From NCBI GenBank assembly GCA_049290195.1, contig JBATNE010000040.1, forward strand, positions 10,127 through 74,126: a stretch of 64,000 nucleotides of DNA, read 5' to 3'. Below are positions 9,901 to 18,561 of the stretch, piece after piece (position 1 is the stretch's first letter; each line of letters opens with the position of its first letter). The notes under the pieces are model-generated. The model made no database searches. It was not told where the DNA came from and worked only from the letters and a program-made list of their open reading frames with translations. This DNA comes from Candidatus Zixiibacteriota bacterium (GTDB taxonomy: Bacteria > Zixibacteria > MSB-5A5 > GN15 > FEB-12). The position numbers and the translations under genes are program-made.

Positions 9901-10896
9901 CACATTACGGGTGACCAGCAGAGCCCCAAATTCGCCGGAAGCATAACGATACTCAAATCAATGTTCTACTTACCTGCCGTCATGGCCGAGGCTGCCGCCC
10001 AGCAGGCAGCATTGTACACGTCGACACCGATGCTGGTGAAGGCGACCATGAAGCCTGATTCTCTCGGCGATTCAACCGCCCTCGCTTTGGCGAAGAAGGC
10101 TGAACTTGATTCAAGTGGATCTGATTGGTACAACAATCTTCGAGGACAGTTCAAGCTGGCGATTCCCAAGAACACCTGGATCAAGGGCCCCGATATGAAT
10201 CTGGAGATCGGCGAAGGGGACATCGATCTGGTCAAGAACGGTCCCTCATTTGAGATATTCGGTCCAATTAAGGTCCTTCGTGGCCAGTACAATCTCTACG
10301 GCAAGCGATTCACCATCTTGCAGGGGAACCTGCTCTTCACCGGTGGTGCCGAGTACAATCCGGAAATAACCATGGAAGCCCAGTACGTATTCCGAACCGC
10401 CGATCGAGAGAAGCGGACGCTCAAAGTGGATATTTCAGGCAAAGCCTTCAGTCCGGTGCTCAAGTTCACTATCGATGACAATGTCATTGAGGAGCGTGAC
10501 GCCATTGCGTATGTCATGTACGGGCGCAGCATGGATGAGCTGACGTCTGGGCAGAAGTCGCAGACTGGTTCGGCTCAGGGAGAGTTGGCCAAAGGCGCGG
10601 CCGCCAACATGCTGGCAGGTCAGCTGTCGCAGACACTCGGAAGCAAGCTCGGCCTCGACGTAGTCGATATCAGCTCACAGGGCAGTCTCTCATCTGCGAC
10701 GCTTACGGTTGGAAAGTACCTGACCGGAAATCTCTTCATGAGTTACTCACGCGGAATTGGTCAGAGCCAGGACCAGGAGCCGGTGCCGCAGATTGTCACG
10801 CTTGAATACGAACTTAGCAAGTACCTGTTCTTGCAATTGCTTCAGGGGGATGAGAAGTCGAGCGGGGCGGACCTGATATTCAAGTATCAGCACTAG
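6988..10896 (+). CDS. tamB: Translocation and assembly module protein TamB (AsmA-like, DUF490 C-terminus)
   Basis: 1302 aa with an N-terminal membrane anchor (FVIIAGSLVGLLAIAIA). The long beta-rich body has repeated 'GxxSGxL/GTA' segments. The C-terminus reads ..TVGKYLTGNLFMSYSRG...LEYELSKYLFLQ..., typical of TamB. It starts 9 nt after tamA. Confidence 0.85.
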   Translation: MKTRSFLKYFVIIAGSLVGLLAIAIASTQTSMFRDWLRGKIEQQGNKRINGQLTIGSLEGSLFTSVQLGNILVKDQSDTVLFIKSVRVLMSPMQILYRAVAIDSVYIEDPYLKLIQAPDSSWNISHIRRVDSSAGEPVPASEGKSSLRYLVGDFLVKNGRVGISSLDTTLPSLVSEFGARFKATYADTAMVLNLTEFGFLLDRPGFRLVRLSVNAVQREGKLTLSDLSVETAKNQLQGGGIYTAADSSVSSGTLASKPIDFSEFRAFMPGFIVNGSPVFEIETHLIGDSLAVTLGVTEGSQRIDLGIDIALVSTLINATTRDQAHYHISGRLTEFGLAHWLPDSLLDYSANGTFSLSGQGLTARTAVFAVAADLNDLRALGRPIGGVTLKGQYDRGRITGDLDASGTFGKVTGGLGVDSVLGDQHYSGSFLVQHLDLAPLLQNDSMHSELNLTARFDGRSFDPATLAGKAIVDMSASSVYGVAIDTMFGRFQFDGSSYRIDTLQFRSSLGTLSSSASGKYAGVVTGAYDLVLSDLGALGKLAGQDSLGGQGRLNGKAEGSLDSLHITSDFEFQHLKYGDYGVDSLSGSASISKGLKSASSIYGTATVLASQLHAIGNAIDSVRINSEFGGTEVTTNLNLFYQQGIEGHVTGVVAIDSPTVVDVPSIALTVNSSRWTGGSPDTRIAKRGDRFEIRNLNLSAPQTSGIGEQTVALNGIIGLSGDEEVHLAITRLDLAEAAHLFNMTASVGGSLSLDTKISGTASGPKIAGTMSIDSGVVNQFSYQTWHTTFSYVPEDLTWNMALIPYVGDSLTVAGRLPVHVALDGTLSQLYRDRAIDITVLAKGLPLSILQASGQPFKQTTGTISADAHATGTMNAPTIVGKIGLHDAAVSIPKYGIEYSDIAASMTVTNQEIQLDTLHIHRDQGLLTGSGTLQFQDNLMTGSIKTTQIDFLADKFYAVRHKDYQIQISGDAHITGDQQSPKFAGSITILKSMFYLPAVMAEAAAQQAALYTSTPMLVKATMKPDSLGDSTALALAKKAELDSSGSDWYNNLRGQFKLAIPKNTWIKGPDMNLEIGEGDIDLVKNGPSFEIFGPIKVLRGQYNLYGKRFTILQGNLLFTGGAEYNPEITMEAQYVFRTADREKRTLKVDISGKAFSPVLKFTIDDNVIEERDAIAYVMYGRSMDELTSGQKSQTGSAQGELAKGAAANMLAGQLSQTLGSKLGLDVVDISSQGSLSSATLTVGKYLTGNLFMSYSRGIGQSQDQEPVPQIVTLEYELSKYLFLQLLQGDEKSSGADLIFKYQH

Positions 10897-10924
10897 TAGA
10901 GGGGCAATGAGCTGTGAAAACGAA

Positions 10925-10948
10925 AGAGGCGGCCTTGTGGCCGCCTCT
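10925..10948. terminator. Bidirectional intrinsic terminator between convergent tamB and ompA-family genes
   Basis: Perfect 10-bp GC-rich stem AGAGGCGGCC-TTGT-GGCCGCCTCT, flanked by GAAAACGAAA upstream and CTGTCTTTGG downstream. Confidence 0.55.
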
Positions 10949-10972
10949 CTGTCTTTGGAGTGACTTTGAATC

Positions 10973-12469
10973 CTACTTTACGGACTCCAGCTCGACGCGA
11001 CGGTTCTTTGCCCGCCCAGCTTCGGTCTTGTTGTCAGCAACGAAATACTTCGGATTCTCACCGTAACCCTTCGCCGTCATCTGGTTGGCAGGGACGCCTT
11101 TGGACACCAGGTAGGACATGACGCCGTTCGCGCGATTCTCTGACAGCACAAAGTTCTTCTGCTCAGTGCTGCGATCGTCGGTATAACCACGAATTTCAAT
11201 CTTGGTATCGGGCCATGCGATGATGCGTTCGGCTATGCTGTCCAGCTGGAGCTTGGAATTCGCATCGGGTTCATATGAGTTAGTCGCGTATTTGATATTG
11301 AGTGTAATCTTCTCAGATACGGACATCTTCTTCGCAATTGGGCATCCATCTTTGTCGACCTTGACGCCCTTGGGAGTGCCGGGGCACTTGTCGAGATAGT
11401 CAAACACGCCATCACCGTCGGTGTCGAGCGGACAACCAGTAGCGTTTACGGCCGCGCCCTTCGGCGTATCTGGGCAGGTGTCAATCTGGTCCGGAACGCC
11501 ATCACCATCGGCGTCAGGAGCGCAACCATCGGCATCGACTTTGACCCCAGCAGGAGTATCGGGGCACTTATCGAGATAGTCAGCCACGCCGTCGTGGTCG
11601 CTGTCAAGCGGGCAACCGGACCCGTCGACCTTCACGCCGGCAGGAGTGCCAGGGCACTTATCCAGGTAGTCGGCTACGCCATCTTTGTCGGTGTCGAGCG
11701 GGCAACCGCTCTTGTCGACCTTCACTCCTTTCGGAGTATCCGGGCATTTGTCCTTTGAATCGGCCACGCCATCATGGTCGGAGTCAATTTCTCCGCCAAA
11801 GAAGTAACTCAGCCCAATCGACGGCTCGAGATATCCGTTGAACGGCCTGTCACTGCGACTCTTCCACGTTTCCGGGCCAAAGAACCCTTTGGGAACATCC
11901 TGCGAAAGTCCGGCGACATCGTAGGTCAGCTTCACCTGCGCATCGAGCGAGAACTTGTCATTGATCGGGAAGAGCAGGCCGGTGCCGATTTTGAGGCCAA
12001 AATCAGTTGCCTTGTGAGAATCGCCCGAAGCACGATTCTTGACTTTCCAGAAATCCAGCCCAACACCAGCCAAGATATAGGGCTGAAAGCGCCAGATGGG
12101 ATCATAGAGCCACTGCGCCTGAAGGCCAAAGGCCATTCCAGAGAGATCAAACGAAGCATTGTCAGTCTTGCTCAGATGGTCACCAGCATTGTCACGACTT
12201 GTGGAATCATCGTGGGTAGACATGAAATTGGCCGATACTCCGACCATGAACCGGTTGCCATAACCGTGCTTGGCTTCAACTCCGAAATCCCAGCCCATCA
12301 TGAACGGCTGGTACTTCCGGGTATAGGCCTGAAAATCGCTGCCATTGTACAGCGGCATAAAGAACGGCGCTCTCACGCTTACGACCGTCTTGCCCTTCAT
12401 ATCAGCTGCTCCCGCGATACTTGCGAGAACCAGGGCGATACAAAGGAGAAGCAATCCTTTCCTTTTCAT
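10973..12469 (-). CDS. OmpA-family outer-membrane protein with thrombospondin type-3 repeats
   Basis: The C-terminal OmpA/peptidoglycan-binding domain reads ..IRGYTDDRST...NRANGVMSYL...GRAKNRRVELESVK. The centre has five DxDxDGVxDxxDxCPxTPxG repeats, and the N-terminus is a beta-barrel. I prefer the start at ATG 12469 (MKRKGLLLLCIALVLASIAGAA signal) over the longer ORF start at 12502. Confidence 0.85.
   Translation of the reverse strand: MKRKGLLLLCIALVLASIAGAADMKGKTVVSVRAPFFMPLYNGSDFQAYTRKYQPFMMGWDFGVEAKHGYGNRFMVGVSANFMSTHDDSTSRDNAGDHLSKTDNASFDLSGMAFGLQAQWLYDPIWRFQPYILAGVGLDFWKVKNRASGDSHKATDFGLKIGTGLLFPINDKFSLDAQVKLTYDVAGLSQDVPKGFFGPETWKSRSDRPFNGYLEPSIGLSYFFGGEIDSDHDGVADSKDKCPDTPKGVKVDKSGCPLDTDKDGVADYLDKCPGTPAGVKVDGSGCPLDSDHDGVADYLDKCPDTPAGVKVDADGCAPDADGDGVPDQIDTCPDTPKGAAVNATGCPLDTDGDGVFDYLDKCPGTPKGVKVDKDGCPIAKKMSVSEKITLNIKYATNSYEPDANSKLQLDSIAERIIAWPDTKIEIRGYTDDRSTEQKNFVLSENRANGVMSYLVSKGVPANQMTAKGYGENPKYFVADNKTEAGRAKNRRVELESVK
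11339..11788 (-). repeat. Five tandem 90-nt (30-aa) coding repeats (TSP3 calcium-binding repeats) inside the ompA-family gene
   Basis: Protein residues 239-388 read (D[ST]D[HKG]DGV[AFP]D[YSQ][LKI]D[KT]CP[DG]TP[AK]G[VA]KVD..GCPL) x5. Confidence 0.8.
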
Positions 12470-12712
12470 ACTTGAATCCCTTTCAATACAGTCTTTCAGC
12501 ACATCGAAGAAAACTTCACTTATTCATTGTCTAACAATCGTAGATAATAATGAACTTCTTTCTTTCCCTCATGTCAATATTGATGAAAGAGGTAATGTCG
12601 CTCCATGTAGTGGTCAATTTTACTCTTGCGCCGGATGTACTTGTGCGTGGTTAATGGCCGGCGATGAAGAGCTAAGGAGAGGAAATGCAAGGGGGACGAA
12701 GCTCTAAACAGG

Positions 12713-12741
12713 AACGGGATCGGCTGATGGCCGATCCCGTT
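12713..12741 (-). terminator. Candidate terminator after the M16 peptidase gene
   Basis: 12-bp stem AACGGGATCGGC-TGATG-GCCGATCCCGTT, 21 nt past the stop. The U-tract on the minus strand is weak (CCTGTTT). Confidence 0.35.
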
Positions 12742-12761
12742 CTTCTGCTTGGGCAGTCAGA

Positions 12762-15700
12762 TCAAGGTACGATCGGTTTCGGCTGGATAGTCAGCCAGTA
12801 ATCGCGGGGATAAATGCGATAGAGCGTGACATTCCCTTCTTCCTTGTGCAGGTAGTTTTCGTACGACTGCATCTGGGATTCAGGACCGATCATAAAGTAA
12901 TTCGCCTCGGCATTCTTCACCGCATCCGCCGCTGACGGACCATATCCGGGAAGCACCAGGCCGTAGACGTTCTCCATGCGAGCCTGAATCTTGTCGTAGA
13001 AGTCAGGCGCATCTTTAAGGGTCATTATGTGTTTGCGGAATCTTGCTACTATCTCGGGCCCCGCGCCATCGACCAGGTCAGCCGCGACCGCTTCACCACG
13101 TTGTTCGTAGCTGGAAGCTGCCCGACTGCCGGCGAATGCCTGAGCCACGGCATAGTTGCCCAGAGAAGGATCGTGTGGAGCTTTTTTGAGCTCGTTGACG
13201 ACGAACTGCATAGTCTGAGCCAGGTCAGGGCAGCGCTCCGCATAGTACATAATTCTGCCGGAGGACTCGTTGCTGCGAAGCCCGTTGGAATAGGCAAGTC
13301 CTGCACCCCAGGTCTTCATGAACATACTGTGTGCGCCGCCGCCACCATAAAGGCGCGCGGAAAGAAAGTCCATGAGTTTGGACGAAGCAGTATCAGTGTA
13401 GCTCGCACAATTGGCGGTGTTGTAGTGGACGCCGGAGCGAGTATTCTCGTTGATAAAGCCAACGAATTCCGGAGTCTTCAAGTTGGGGAATCGCTGCTTC
13501 AATCGGTTGTTGACTACCGGTCCTGTTGCATAGGTCTGGTGAATGACAGCCGCTGATCCGAGGCTCGATGTAATCTTCTCGATTGCCGGCGCCAGCTTAC
13601 TCTGGGTCGGGGTCGATGCAATTTCAAAGGCTCGGGCATTCTCTTTGTTCAACAAGAGTGAGAGTGTGAACTTGATCTGGTCAAGAGCGGTCTTTGCCGG
13701 CACGTTGTAGTCGTGAAGAATCTCATCACAAAGATATGAGAAGTCGCCGGTCAGACTCTGATCCGGAGAGTCTGAGAGTATTCGCTTGAAATCGGTGATG
13801 GCATCGCGAATGTCTGAAGCTACTCCGGCAGTCTGATCTGCCGGGTGCGCGGTATCAAGCGAGTCCAGAAGTTTGCCGAGGCCCTCGCGATCCAACTGGG
13901 AGATCCGTCCCTTGAACGTGCTGAGGAAAGCGGCAAATTGCTGCCCGGCCTTGACATCAGCCGGTTCACGAAGGAGCCAGCGAAGGCGATGAAGCGAGTG
14001 GATCTGGGTGACAAAGCAATCAGCTGACAGAAGCAGCGGATTGGATTGACGCCAGAAACCAAGGGCCGGCTCATCAACCCATGACTCTTCTGAACCGCGC
14101 ATTCTCTGGCGGGCGCCGGCTAGCATTTGATCGACCGCGTCTTTGAGCCGGGGGAGGTTTTCGGGTCGGAGATCAGACTCAAACAACGCACTTTGCAGCC
14201 ATCCGAGGGCGGCCTCGGTTTCAGCCAAGTCGGTTCCTGATGCCCGCGCAACCAGTTCAGCTCTTTGAGTTCGATAGTTTGTGCTGTAATAGACATTGAG
14301 CGAGAGAATTTCGCGGCGCAATGCCTCCTCAACGTCCGTATACGACATCGCCTTGCCGTTTCTCAACATACCGACTTCGGTAAGTAACGAAGGCAACGCG
14401 GGGATATACACCAGGAGTGATTCCGGGACGACATCGGCATTGAAAGCAAGGCCAAACGTGCCGCCGCTGAGATTGTCAAATGTCGATACAACCGATGGAA
14501 CCGATCCGCCGATCTTCTCAACTCTGTAGTGAATCTGATCGTCAAGAGTCATCGGCGGGTTGCTGATAAACGACGGCATGGGAATCTTCTTGCCCTCTTC
14601 GTCGATGGCCGCAGTACCCTTGTCATAGTCTACTTTGAAGCGCCGAAGAGCGTCGCCTTCGGTAGTGACCGCATACTGCTTCTTCAGGTTCTCGATGAAA
14701 TGGTCAACGCGCGCCTTGCGGCTCGCTTCGTTGGCGGCCAGGACGGAAGTATCGCTGACAGCCGCTGATGCATAAGGTGTGGTGGTCAGTTCCCATTTCT
14801 TGAGGTAAGCGGGCCAGAAATTGGTGCCGGTATTGAGCAGGCTGTCCACAAAGGCGAATTCCTGGTCAAACAGGAGCGAGCGTTGGAATCCTCCGTGGCC
14901 GGAGGCACGAAGGAGGGAATAGAACCAATCGGAGCCGGTACCACGGTAACCGAATCGCGGGGGACGATTGAGGAATGAGCGCAGGTCGCGCTTTCGTTCA
15001 ATCATGCGGCTCTTCATTTGATCGACGAAGGCGGTCCATTCGGGCGAGCCGGCGGGCATAGAGCCGATGGCAGCGATTTCACGTTCTACTACGCGACGCA
15101 GTGAGTCGATCATCGGCTCGGTCAGGTAGTCGCGATTCAAATCGCCGATAGCGAGGCTGACATCGTATCCGGGGTCAACGGACACCCAGCCACCAACCGA
15201 AGTTGCACCAGTATTGATGATGCGAGTCTTGGAATCGATCAATTTCTTATAGAGTATCGATGTTTGATCGCCGGCAAGGTTGGCCATCAACAACTCAAGC
15301 AGGTACTGCTCATTGGCGTCCATTGTGAGGTGGGACGGCCAGGCCATGACAAGGTGCCCCGGTTCCTGGGGATTGGCAGACTGGTAGTGAGTTATGACGA
15401 CTGATCCCGGTTTGGCTGGAGTGAGCTGGGGGAGGCGGCTGCCAAGGTCCGCTGGATCATCCTTGACGTGAGCGTCCGGTTCGATCTGAGCGAAAATTTC
15501 AGAGAGGCGGCTCAAGCAGAGTTCAAGCGGGATATTGTCAGGCAACGCGACGATCGTCCCCATGTTATTTAAGTGATAGGCACCATCGTGGAAACGGCGA
15601 AGGTCGGCAGGGACCATGTTGCGGATCGAATCCGGAAATCCTCCCGCATTTAATGACAGCGGGTGACTGTCGCCGTGAACCATGCGACCGAGCATGAAAT

Positions 15701-16334
15701 ACATGTTGTTCCACGGCGTCTCAAAGCCGCTCACCATTTCGTTGTACACCGTTCCTTTTTCTTCCAGGTGTAGCGCACTGTCACCCGGATCAACGCGCAG
15801 TCCCATATTGCAGACTTCGCGGCGAATCTCCTCGTCGGTATAATTCGGGTGGATCAGGGCATCGAGCTGAGCCTGGAACAGATTGAAAAAGACATCGGGG
15901 CCGGCCGACGTGTTGAAATGATAGCACGTCTGGAGCTGCATCGTGTAGGCGGAACTCTGGCCCACAGACATGTTCTCAAGGGACGCTACATATCTTCCCT
16001 TAGTACCTTTTCCCAGTAGGAGGTGTTCGCAGGTATGCGGTTCCCCCTGATCAGACGGCGGGACGCTATTGACCCACATGAATGCCTGTGGAGCTGACTG
16101 AATACCGAGGACATCGAGCACAAATCCGCTTGGAATATGCCGAAAGCGGGCGCCGATCGTCACTTTGTCGGCGTTGGTGTATATAGCCTCGGCCTTGAAC
16201 TGCCCAAGCATTTGGCCCTGAGTGAGGCCGGCAAAACTCGCCGAGTTGGTCCCGGCCACAGCGACCGAACTCACCAACAGGATAAGGAGGAGTGTGATCT
16301 TGAAGTACGAACGCATGACTCGAGTCCTTTGCAA
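12762..16334 (-). CDS. Large secreted M16 (pitrilysin/insulinase)-family zinc peptidase, PreP-like
   Basis: Signal peptide (ITLLLILLVSSVAVAG). Inverted zincin motif HTCEHLLLGKG (HxxEH), with a downstream E in TVYNEM. 1190 aa. Confidence 0.75.
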   Translation of the reverse strand: MQRTRVMRSYFKITLLLILLVSSVAVAGTNSASFAGLTQGQMLGQFKAEAIYTNADKVTIGARFRHIPSGFVLDVLGIQSAPQAFMWVNSVPPSDQGEPHTCEHLLLGKGTKGRYVASLENMSVGQSSAYTMQLQTCYHFNTSAGPDVFFNLFQAQLDALIHPNYTDEEIRREVCNMGLRVDPGDSALHLEEKGTVYNEMVSGFETPWNNMYFMLGRMVHGDSHPLSLNAGGFPDSIRNMVPADLRRFHDGAYHLNNMGTIVALPDNIPLELCLSRLSEIFAQIEPDAHVKDDPADLGSRLPQLTPAKPGSVVITHYQSANPQEPGHLVMAWPSHLTMDANEQYLLELLMANLAGDQTSILYKKLIDSKTRIINTGATSVGGWVSVDPGYDVSLAIGDLNRDYLTEPMIDSLRRVVEREIAAIGSMPAGSPEWTAFVDQMKSRMIERKRDLRSFLNRPPRFGYRGTGSDWFYSLLRASGHGGFQRSLLFDQEFAFVDSLLNTGTNFWPAYLKKWELTTTPYASAAVSDTSVLAANEASRKARVDHFIENLKKQYAVTTEGDALRRFKVDYDKGTAAIDEEGKKIPMPSFISNPPMTLDDQIHYRVEKIGGSVPSVVSTFDNLSGGTFGLAFNADVVPESLLVYIPALPSLLTEVGMLRNGKAMSYTDVEEALRREILSLNVYYSTNYRTQRAELVARASGTDLAETEAALGWLQSALFESDLRPENLPRLKDAVDQMLAGARQRMRGSEESWVDEPALGFWRQSNPLLLSADCFVTQIHSLHRLRWLLREPADVKAGQQFAAFLSTFKGRISQLDREGLGKLLDSLDTAHPADQTAGVASDIRDAITDFKRILSDSPDQSLTGDFSYLCDEILHDYNVPAKTALDQIKFTLSLLLNKENARAFEIASTPTQSKLAPAIEKITSSLGSAAVIHQTYATGPVVNNRLKQRFPNLKTPEFVGFINENTRSGVHYNTANCASYTDTASSKLMDFLSARLYGGGGAHSMFMKTWGAGLAYSNGLRSNESSGRIMYYAERCPDLAQTMQFVVNELKKAPHDPSLGNYAVAQAFAGSRAASSYEQRGEAVAADLVDGAGPEIVARFRKHIMTLKDAPDFYDKIQARMENVYGLVLPGYGPSAADAVKNAEANYFMIGPESQMQSYENYLHKEEGNVTLYRIYPRDYWLTIQPKPIVP

Positions 16335-16503
16335 TCAGTTTTGTGGTTGATTGGCCAGCCCGCAACTATTCCTCGGGTTGGATTTGAGCCCGTAAGGTAC
16401 ATAGCCGCCGACAGGCTGACAAGCACCAATGAGCGCCGACCGCCCGGCTTAGTGCAACCAAGCTTGGACAGGTACGTAGTAGCTGGTAGGTATTACGTTA
16501 AGA

Positions 16504-16719
16504 GTGAGGATTGAAGAAGTGACTTTTTTGCTCTGGTGCCTGTTGCTGGTCCTTTGCTGGCCAGTGGCATTGGTTGCCCTAATTCTGTATCCGATAGTCT
16601 GGTTGATCCTGTTGCCGTTCCGGCTGGTCGGAATAGCAGTAGAGGGGTCCCTTGCACTCATTCGGGCACTGCTCTTCCTTCCAGCCCGTGTCCTCGGCGG
16701 CCGAGTCGGCAATCGGTAG
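16504..16719 (+). CDS. Small two-TM membrane protein, unknown function
   Basis: GTG start, 71 aa. Two hydrophobic helices (FLLWCLLLVLCWPVALVALILYPIVWLILLPF; GIAVEGSLALIRALLFL) and a basic tail. No assignable family. Confidence 0.4.
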   Translation: MRIEEVTFLLWCLLLVLCWPVALVALILYPIVWLILLPFRLVGIAVEGSLALIRALLFLPARVLGGRVGNR

Positions 16720-16733
16720 TCGCTATCGAGTCA

Positions 16734-18416
16734 TCATAGTGGGCATGGGGGAAGAGTAAATCCTCCCCCGGTTAGGAACGCCACTAGGCTGCTCAAATCC
16801 GACAAGTCAACTGCGCCAACTCCATTGATATTCGCTTCAGCGGCACACGGTAGCTGGGTGATACCCCCGGATCCGGTCAAGAAGGCCACCAGAAAACTCA
16901 GATCCCCCAGGTTTACCGCGCCGACCATGTCAACGTTTCCGGTAGTTCCGACGCAGCATCCAAGCACCCGTCCCTTGACAACTAATTGGAGCGGATTAGG
17001 TCGGTCGGCCACATTGTGATATACAAGAGCGGTGTCGACGAAAGTGTATTTGGTTGACGGCTGCCAAAATATCCGAATTGAATCCTGAATTGGGGCAATG
17101 GGATAAGATTTTGGCAATGGGGTACCAACCGCAAGTTCGCCGCCCTGGCCGTTTTTGAACACCACAGAATCAACTCTGATCGGCATGTAACCGTCTTTGG
17201 TGACGCGGATCTCTCCCAGAAGAACATCGTTTATCTGACCCGATCCGAGGTCGATGGTGTCATTGAGCAGATTGAACCTGGCGGACGTAAACAATGGAAG
17301 GATTGGTGCACCACCTCCGCCATAAGCACCCTTGTCATTGCGGGTGGTTCCAAGCGACGGGGAAAGGGCCTGTCCGGGATGGGCAAGATCTTCAATGTCG
17401 TTGTAGCCAACGGTTGGATCGCCGCTGTCGACACAGGGGGACGGACTCGTCAGCAAGAGGTTGGTAGCGGCGAAGAGCGGGTTCTCATCGGTGTTGGACG
17501 TGCCGGCAAATCCACCCTGAACGTCGTTGTAAGCAGAAACCGGATTTGCAGGCGCAGGAGCCCAAATCTGCGGTCCGTCCGAACCGGTATTGTCTCTGAA
17601 GATGTTATTATAGATCTCCGCCGATGAATTTTGCAGACTGAGTCCACCGCCTGCCTGAGTAGTCGTATTGGCAACAATCGTGTTGTTGACGATGACGCTG
17701 GGACCGTTCAGGGAGTTGTTCCACATCCAGACCCCGGAGCCGCCAAAGTCCTCTCCGCCACTGTTCTTCCAAATGACGTTGTTCTTTATTTCGGCCGGGC
17801 AATGGAACGAAACAATGCCGGCACCATAGAACCCTCGATTGAATGCAATAACATTTCCCGATATTGTCACCCCTACGCCAAATCCGGCTCGAATGGCTCC
17901 GCCGCCGGCGCTGACCGAACCACTTTTGTTGATGGCCTCATTGTTCACAATGTAATTGTTCGCGATGACTGGGGAGCCCCCTTCGACAATGATCCCGCCT
18001 CCTTCGCGATACAGTGCATGATCGGAAATATCGCGCCAACGGGTACCCTTGCCGCCGGTAATGGTGAAGCCCATCAGGACTGTGGTGTTGTCCTGGCCTT
18101 CGGTAATGCGTACTACGCTTGCCGTATCCGGATGGCTGGGACTTGATCCATCCAGAATGGTGTTCAGGATATCATTGGGGTCGTGAGTCGTGATGTATCG
18201 GCTGGCGACTACTAGATTCTTGGTCAGAAATGATATGTTCTCGACATATCTCCCCGGTTGAACCAGGACAGTATCGCCGTTCGACGCGGCATTGATAGCG
18301 CCCTGAACCGTCGCGAAATCGGCGGGGACATTTCGAGTGGTGGCCCAGGCGGCTGGGGCCAACAGAAGTGCACCGGCGGCCATCAAATGCACGAGGCCTC
18401 TTAGTCGTTGATTCAT
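16734..18416 (-). CDS. Secreted right-handed parallel beta-helix repeat protein with a C-terminal dockerin-like tandem module
   Basis: Signal peptide (LMAAGALLLAPAAWA). Repeated GGxI/NNxI beta-helix turns (GGGIIVEG..IANNYIVNN..GGGAIRAG..ISGNVIAFN..IKNNVIW..). The last 74 aa carry two GAV[ND]LxDLSxLVAFLTG repeats. Confidence 0.7.
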   Translation of the reverse strand: MNQRLRGLVHLMAAGALLLAPAAWATTRNVPADFATVQGAINAASNGDTVLVQPGRYVENISFLTKNLVVASRYITTHDPNDILNTILDGSSPSHPDTASVVRITEGQDNTTVLMGFTITGGKGTRWRDISDHALYREGGGIIVEGGSPVIANNYIVNNEAINKSGSVSAGGGAIRAGFGVGVTISGNVIAFNRGFYGAGIVSFHCPAEIKNNVIWKNSGGEDFGGSGVWMWNNSLNGPSVIVNNTIVANTTTQAGGGLSLQNSSAEIYNNIFRDNTGSDGPQIWAPAPANPVSAYNDVQGGFAGTSNTDENPLFAATNLLLTSPSPCVDSGDPTVGYNDIEDLAHPGQALSPSLGTTRNDKGAYGGGGAPILPLFTSARFNLLNDTIDLGSGQINDVLLGEIRVTKDGYMPIRVDSVVFKNGQGGELAVGTPLPKSYPIAPIQDSIRIFWQPSTKYTFVDTALVYHNVADRPNPLQLVVKGRVLGCCVGTTGNVDMVGAVNLGDLSFLVAFLTGSGGITQLPCAAEANINGVGAVDLSDLSSLVAFLTGGGFTLPPCPL

Positions 18417-18561
18417 GGCAATTCCCTCTAGCTGTGTAGTTGATTCTTTGTCCCAAGAAACGTGCGTAAACGATCTTCAGACATAGCTAAGCAGGGAACC
18501 GTGGTCTGGCTGCAGGGAATGGCCCGCCGGGGGGACAGAAAGTACCAGCGATATGTTGGAA

